DNA of 64,000 bases from Ascoidea asiatica JCM 7603 (Eukaryota; Fungi; Ascomycota). Below the pieces are notes generated by a model. That model saw only the letters and a program-made list of their open reading frames with translations, searched no databases and had not been told where the DNA came from. Of the stretch, positions 59,240 to 64,000 are shown one piece after another. Both the position numbers and the translations under genes were made by a program. The DNA lies in assembly GCA_001600695.1 (NCBI GenBank), contig BCKQ01000007.1:574788-638787 (forward strand). The letters run 5' to 3'. Every line of letters begins with the position of its first letter. The stretch's first letter is position 1.

Positions 59240-59403
59240 ACATTGATTTTGTATTATTGTAGTGATTCAATGACACTTTTTTCGAGGTTAAATCACTCTA
59301 CAACAAAATCTAGAGAAGATCATCGTAAATGAGGATAATTATACTAGCTGGAAATAATGTTAGATTTAATGACATTTTTATCCTTACCAAGTGTTGAACA
59401 TTT
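59240..59403 (+). ncRNA. Box H/ACA snoRNA, predicted guide for 18S rRNA Psi466 (snR189-like)
   Basis: Hairpin 1: GATTTTGT/ACAAAATC lower stem, AGTGATT/AATCACT upper stem; pocket TTATTGT + CTAC is complementary to 18S GUAG-U-G-ACAAUAA. H box AGAGAA (59312-59317) lies 14 nt from the top of the pocket. Hairpin 2 AGGATAA/TTATCCT; ACA at 59398-59400. Confidence 0.75.
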
Positions 59404-59709
59404 TAATGAAAAAATTCTTCAATTATTTGATTTTTATTGACTAATCGTTTTGTAGAATTATTGTTAGATTAAGAGGGAATTGACTGGGTCTCTAATTTTA
59501 TTGTAGTATTTTGAATTTTGAATTGAAAAAAATCGATATAAAGGAGTTTAGTTTAAATTTTAATTCTAGAATCATTTTTCGCCAATTTATTTTGAAAAAA
59601 TATATATAAATTTAAAATTAAAAAAAGTTAATAAAGTATAAAAAGCGAAAGATCTAAAGATTAGGTAGATAACTTGGAGAAAAAAACAAAAAAATAAGAA
59701 GAAAATTAT

Positions 59710-61272
59710 TTAAACAACTCTTTGTTTAGCAGGTTCGAAAGGGAATAAAAGTGCAAGAATTCCAATAACTCCAACACCAGCACCACAAACCCAAATTGGA
59801 ACAGAAGATGCTTTATCACCATAATAATAAATAACTGGTGCTAAAGTTCCTGCAACTCTATTTAATGATAAAGCAATTGAAGAACCAGTACCTCTTGCGG
59901 ATGATGGAAAAACTTGGGGTGTATAAGCATATAAACAACCATAATAAATATTAATAAAGAAATTTGAAAGTGATGATAATGCAAGATTTGCTTTTGGATC
60001 TCTAACTTGTGTATAACCAAAAAATACAGCCATACTTGTTAAACCACCAAAAACCATTGTACCTCTACAACCACATTTTGGTATTAAAATCATTAAACCA
60101 GCAGCCATTGGACCAAAAATACTTACAAATAAACTTATAACTGAATCTCTATAAGTATCATAAGTTGATTGAGTTAAATCACCACCTTGAGATTCAATAA
60201 ATTGATATAAGAAATTATTAAAAATTGCATATGCTAAACCAATTACAAACCATGAAATAAAAATTAAAATTGTTGATCTACCAATTAATTTATTTTCAAA
60301 TAAAGTTTTAATATGTTTTGAAGAAGCTGAATACATTTCTTTAAAATTATAACCATTTTTTTTAATATTTGTATCATCTTTTAATTCACCACACTGTTTT
60401 AATTCCTCAATAGTTAAAGAACAATTTCTATTATATTTTTTAGCTAAATCTTTTAAAATTATTAAAGCTTCTTCATCTCTACCATTTGAGACTAAAAATT
60501 TTGGAGATTCTTTTAATTTAAAAATAAAAATTCTAGCTAAAGAACCAAGTAAAACAATTGCAGAATTTACATACCAACAATATCTCCAACCACGATTAAT
60601 TGAAGAAGGACAATAATCAGCAGATTCACAACTATTATTTGGTAAAAAACCCCAAGAAATTAAAACTGCAATTGTTTGACCAACACCCCACCAACATGCA
60701 AAAAAAGTTGATAACCATTGATATTTAAAAGGTAAAAATTCAATAAAAACAGTTGCATCTAAAGCTAAATTACCACCTAAAGAAAAATTACTTAAAAATA
60801 AAAAAATATTATAATAAGCAAAAGAACTTGAACCACCAATAAAAAAGGAAAAAACAGAAGCAAGAAATAAAGATAAATTAAAAGCAACTTTTCTACCAAT
60901 TAAATCAGCACCCATACCCCAAAATATAGCACCAAAGAATAAACCAATATATGCAACTTCAGTTGTATAAGGATAATCAATATTAAATTGATATTGAACA
61001 AAAGATCTAACTGAACCTTGAAGAATAGCTAATTGAGAATCAGCAGAATAACCAAAACCTGCAATACAAAATAAAGACATATGATTCCAAGTAAAACCAA
61101 TTTCATCAATTGCATTATTTATAAGATAAATTTTTCTTGCTAAAACATCATCATTTGATTCTAAACCAACCATATCATTTTTATAATCAAAATTTCCTTT
61201 AGATTCAATATCATCATTTGAAACGGAAACAATTGCTTGTTCTTTACCATTTTCAGAGGAAATTGAAGACAT
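59710..61272 (-). CDS. Major facilitator superfamily transporter (SV2/SVOP-like), substrate unknown
   Basis: About 12 hydrophobic segments, GMGADLIGRK (motif A), GGNLALDATVFIEFLP, LKESPKFL, YAYTPQVFPSSARGTG. Confidence 0.92.
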   Translation of the reverse strand: MSSISSENGKEQAIVSVSNDDIESKGNFDYKNDMVGLESNDDVLARKIYLINNAIDEIGFTWNHMSLFCIAGFGYSADSQLAILQGSVRSFVQYQFNIDYPYTTEVAYIGLFFGAIFWGMGADLIGRKVAFNLSLFLASVFSFFIGGSSSFAYYNIFLFLSNFSLGGNLALDATVFIEFLPFKYQWLSTFFACWWGVGQTIAVLISWGFLPNNSCESADYCPSSINRGWRYCWYVNSAIVLLGSLARIFIFKLKESPKFLVSNGRDEEALIILKDLAKKYNRNCSLTIEELKQCGELKDDTNIKKNGYNFKEMYSASSKHIKTLFENKLIGRSTILIFISWFVIGLAYAIFNNFLYQFIESQGGDLTQSTYDTYRDSVISLFVSIFGPMAAGLMILIPKCGCRGTMVFGGLTSMAVFFGYTQVRDPKANLALSSLSNFFINIYYGCLYAYTPQVFPSSARGTGSSIALSLNRVAGTLAPVIYYYGDKASSVPIWVCGAGVGVIGILALLFPFEPAKQRVV

Positions 61273-61707
61273 TATTATTTCTACTAATATACTATATCTT
61301 GTTTATATAAATATATTGTTCATATGAATATACTATTTATATTAGTGATACTTTTATGAATATATAATAGTTAAAAAATATATTCTATTCGGTTGATTTA
61401 ATAAAAGAAGAATAGAAGTATATTTATATATAAATTAAATTTTCATTATTGAAGAACTTTTTTAGCTTTTTTTAACATTTAATTTAAAGTTAAAAAGATT
61501 TGAATAAATTGGTATTTGATTTGATATGATAGTTGAAAAAGTTTAAAATAGTTTTTATTTAATTAATTTCTTAACGTTAACTATATCAATTTGAAGAAGA
61601 TAATTTTATTTCTTTTGAAATATATTCAGTACTGTTATGATAACTTTAAAAGACATAGTTAAAATAGTTGCTAATTATTATTGGTAGAAATACAGTATAT
61701 TTGCCAT

Positions 61708-61758
61708 GTGAGTTTCCTTAATGAGCGTGGGTGAGTTTCCTTAATGAGCGTGGGTGAG
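61708..61758. repeat. 23-bp tandem duplication (2.2 copies)
   Basis: GTGAGTTTCCTTAATGAGCGTGG at 61708 and 61731, then GTGAG. Confidence 0.9.
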
Positions 61759-62423
61759 ATTTTATTGAAGGAGTGAAAAGTAAAAAAGTACACACGCAGT
61801 ACTAATTAAACACGATTTAGACTGAGAATTGGAAATTGAGTTTGGATAACTTTGAATAGTTTACCAATGTAAAAGATATTGAAATAGATATTTTATAAGA
61901 TATTTTATTAGATATTCTAATCTGTATTAATTGATTAAATATTTTGAAGTATTATGAGATATTACTTGAAACAAAAGAAATAAAAAATTAAATCTTAGGC
62001 TAATAACTAGTAGTTTATTTTGTTTCGAGGTTTTCAATATGTCATTGGTAGTTATTACAAATAGATAAATTGAAATGAAACATAGAGTATGTTAATTTTG
62101 AGATGAGATGATTGAATAAATTTTCAAGAAAATAGATATAAAGAATAGAATTGATAGAATTGATAGAATTGACAGAATTGACAGAATTGGAAACTTATAT
62201 AGCTTCTGGTTTATCTTTTATTCTAAATAAGAAGACAAGAGACCAAAGATCAGTAGTAAAGTGAAGATAAAGTGAAGATAAAGATTCAATTGAATAGAAA
62301 TCAGTAATCAGATAAGTTAATCAGTTACTCGTGAATAGCGATCTAAAATAAAATAGGTTTCATAAACCTATCAGACAAGACACTTAATTTCCTGTCACCG
62401 AAACAAACCGCAAAGACACTGCA

Positions 62424-62473
62424 GATAAAGAAGCGATAAAGAAGTGATAAAGAACAGATAAAGAACAGATAAG
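62424..62473 (+). promoter_or_regulatory. Array of five GATAA sites at 11-bp spacing
   Basis: GATAA at 62424, 62435, 62446, 62457 and 62468; more copies near 62266, 62277 and 62311. Confidence 0.5.
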
Positions 62474-62636
62474 CAAATATTCTTACGGGCGAAAAAGCAG
62501 CAGATGAAGAAACAAGGCTCTAGGACAGCCCTGGATAGATAACAGACGAGAGATCACATGTTCGAGGGGTTTATAAACACGTGAAGCTACCATTTACACG
62601 CACTAATTATAATGGTGCTAATCTAGCAAAAAAAAA

Positions 62637-62710
62637 TGATTCGTCCCAGGATCGAACTGGGGACGTTCTGCGTGTTAAGCAGATGCCATAACCAACTAGA
62701 CCAACGAACC
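62637..62710 (-). tRNA. tRNA-Val (AAC)
   Basis: Reverse complement GGTTCGTTGGTCTAGTTGGTTATGGCATCTGCTTAACACGCAGAACGTCCCCAGTTCGATCCTGGGACGAATCA followed by an oligo-T Pol III terminator. Confidence 0.97.
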
Positions 62711-62996
62711 AAACAATACATACCGTAACTTTACATGCACTTAGTAAAAACTAATTAAAAATAAGATATGCTGTTACCTTTATTTTTATCGCTTAAATAT
62801 ATTATTTTATATGAAATCAATATTAAATAAAATAAAAAAAATAAATAAAAAAAATAATAAAAAAAATAAATAAAAAAAATAAATAAATAAAAAAAATAAA
62901 TAAAACAAGAACTTTAAAGGAAGTTAGAAATACTTATAAAAGATGAGGTTAAAAGAATAGAAGACAATTTAAGTCAAATTAATAAATTTGATAAAT

Positions 62997-63827
62997 TCAA
63001 TTACCTAACCAACCACCATCAACATTTAAAGTAATACCAGTAATATAATCAGAAGCATTTGAAGCTAAGAAAATAGCTGCACCCATAATATCATCAGGTT
63101 CACCCAATCTACCAACTGGAATTCTTTTAATTAAAAAAAATCTTCTATCTTTTGGAATAAATTCAACAATTTTTGTATCAATAAAACCAGGACCAATTGC
63201 ATTAACATTAATACCTCTTCCAGCCCATTCTGTTGATAAAGCTTTTGTAATATTAGATAAAGCAGCTTTTGAAGTTGCATATGATGAAACTGTAGACATT
63301 GAATGATTTGCTAAAACAGATGATAAATTAATAATTTTACCCTTTTCATCTAATTCAAATTTTTTATTTGCAAAATCTCTTGATAAAAAAAATGGTACAT
63401 TTGCATTTAAATGTTGAACAGATTCCCAATCTTCATTAGAATGTAATTCTGCTTGTTTTATACAACCTTTACCAGAATTATTAACTAAAATATCTAATGT
63501 ACCATTACCATTTTTACCTTTAAAATTTGATGCAATTTTAAATGATTTTTTAATTAAATTTTTAACATCATCTTTATTAAATAAATCAATTGAAATTGTA
63601 TCATATTGAACTTTTAAATTATTATTTAATTCTTTATTTTTTTTATTAATATCTTTAATAATTTTAATTGTTTCACTTGGATCATTTTCATTAAAATGTG
63701 CAATAATTATATTAGCTCCTGACATTGCTAAACCTTTTGCAATTGCTTGTCCAATACCTCTTTCACATCCTGTAATTAAAGCAGTTTTACCTCTTAAAGA
63801 AAATAAATTATTGGAAATTTCAGACAT
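62997..63827 (-). CDS. Short-chain dehydrogenase/reductase, KduD-like; paralog of the gene at 33125
   Basis: LFSLRGKTALITGCERGIG, LDILVNNSG, YATSK, VNAIGPGF, VDGGWLG. Confidence 0.92.
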   Translation of the reverse strand: MSEISNNLFSLRGKTALITGCERGIGQAIAKGLAMSGANIIIAHFNENDPSETIKIIKDINKKNKELNNNLKVQYDTISIDLFNKDDVKNLIKKSFKIASNFKGKNGNGTLDILVNNSGKGCIKQAELHSNEDWESVQHLNANVPFFLSRDFANKKFELDEKGKIINLSSVLANHSMSTVSSYATSKAALSNITKALSTEWAGRGINVNAIGPGFIDTKIVEFIPKDRRFFLIKRIPVGRLGEPDDIMGAAIFLASNASDYITGITLNVDGGWLGN

Positions 63828-64000
63828 TTTAATTGAAATAATTAATGAATAAATAATTGATTAAATTTGATAAAAAAGAAAAATTTTTTTGTTTTTTTGG
63901 TGTTTTAATTGTTTTGGAATTAAAATATTAATGTTCTCTTAAGGAATACACAGAAGATTGATTAATGATAATTAATTTTGATGAGCAATAACTTTTAAAA

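Overview
Very AT-rich eukaryotic DNA from a budding yeast (Saccharomycotina). Poly-Asn-rich proteins and apparently rare CTG codons suggest Ascoidea or a relative, but that is inference only. I call 16 well-supported protein-coding genes: COQ2, a Flo11-domain adhesin, UPC2, PSD1, IBA57, SKO1, CHL1, a Crp1/Mdg1-like E/K/V/P-rich protein, two KduD-like SDR paralogs, an atypical STE11, PRX1, LCB1, a velvet-domain protein, a DUF2406 protein and HRI1, plus CPR5 and an MFS transporter (18 in total). RNA genes: tRNA-Ile(AAT), tRNA-Val(AAC), U5 snRNA and an H/ACA snoRNA whose 5' pocket fits 18S Psi466 (snR189-like). Not visible in the ORF track: a decayed ACC deaminase pseudogene (~4.1-4.8 kb) and an intron whose removal creates the SKO1 start codon. 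Highlights: a velvet regulator in a budding yeast with a 6-kb upstream region carrying a clustered 8-mer, the ACC deaminase relic, a non-RD Ste11 with a 158-residue activation segment, the splice-dependent ATG of SKO1, and hints of CUG=Ser decoding. Family assignments come from recalled motifs, not from database searches.
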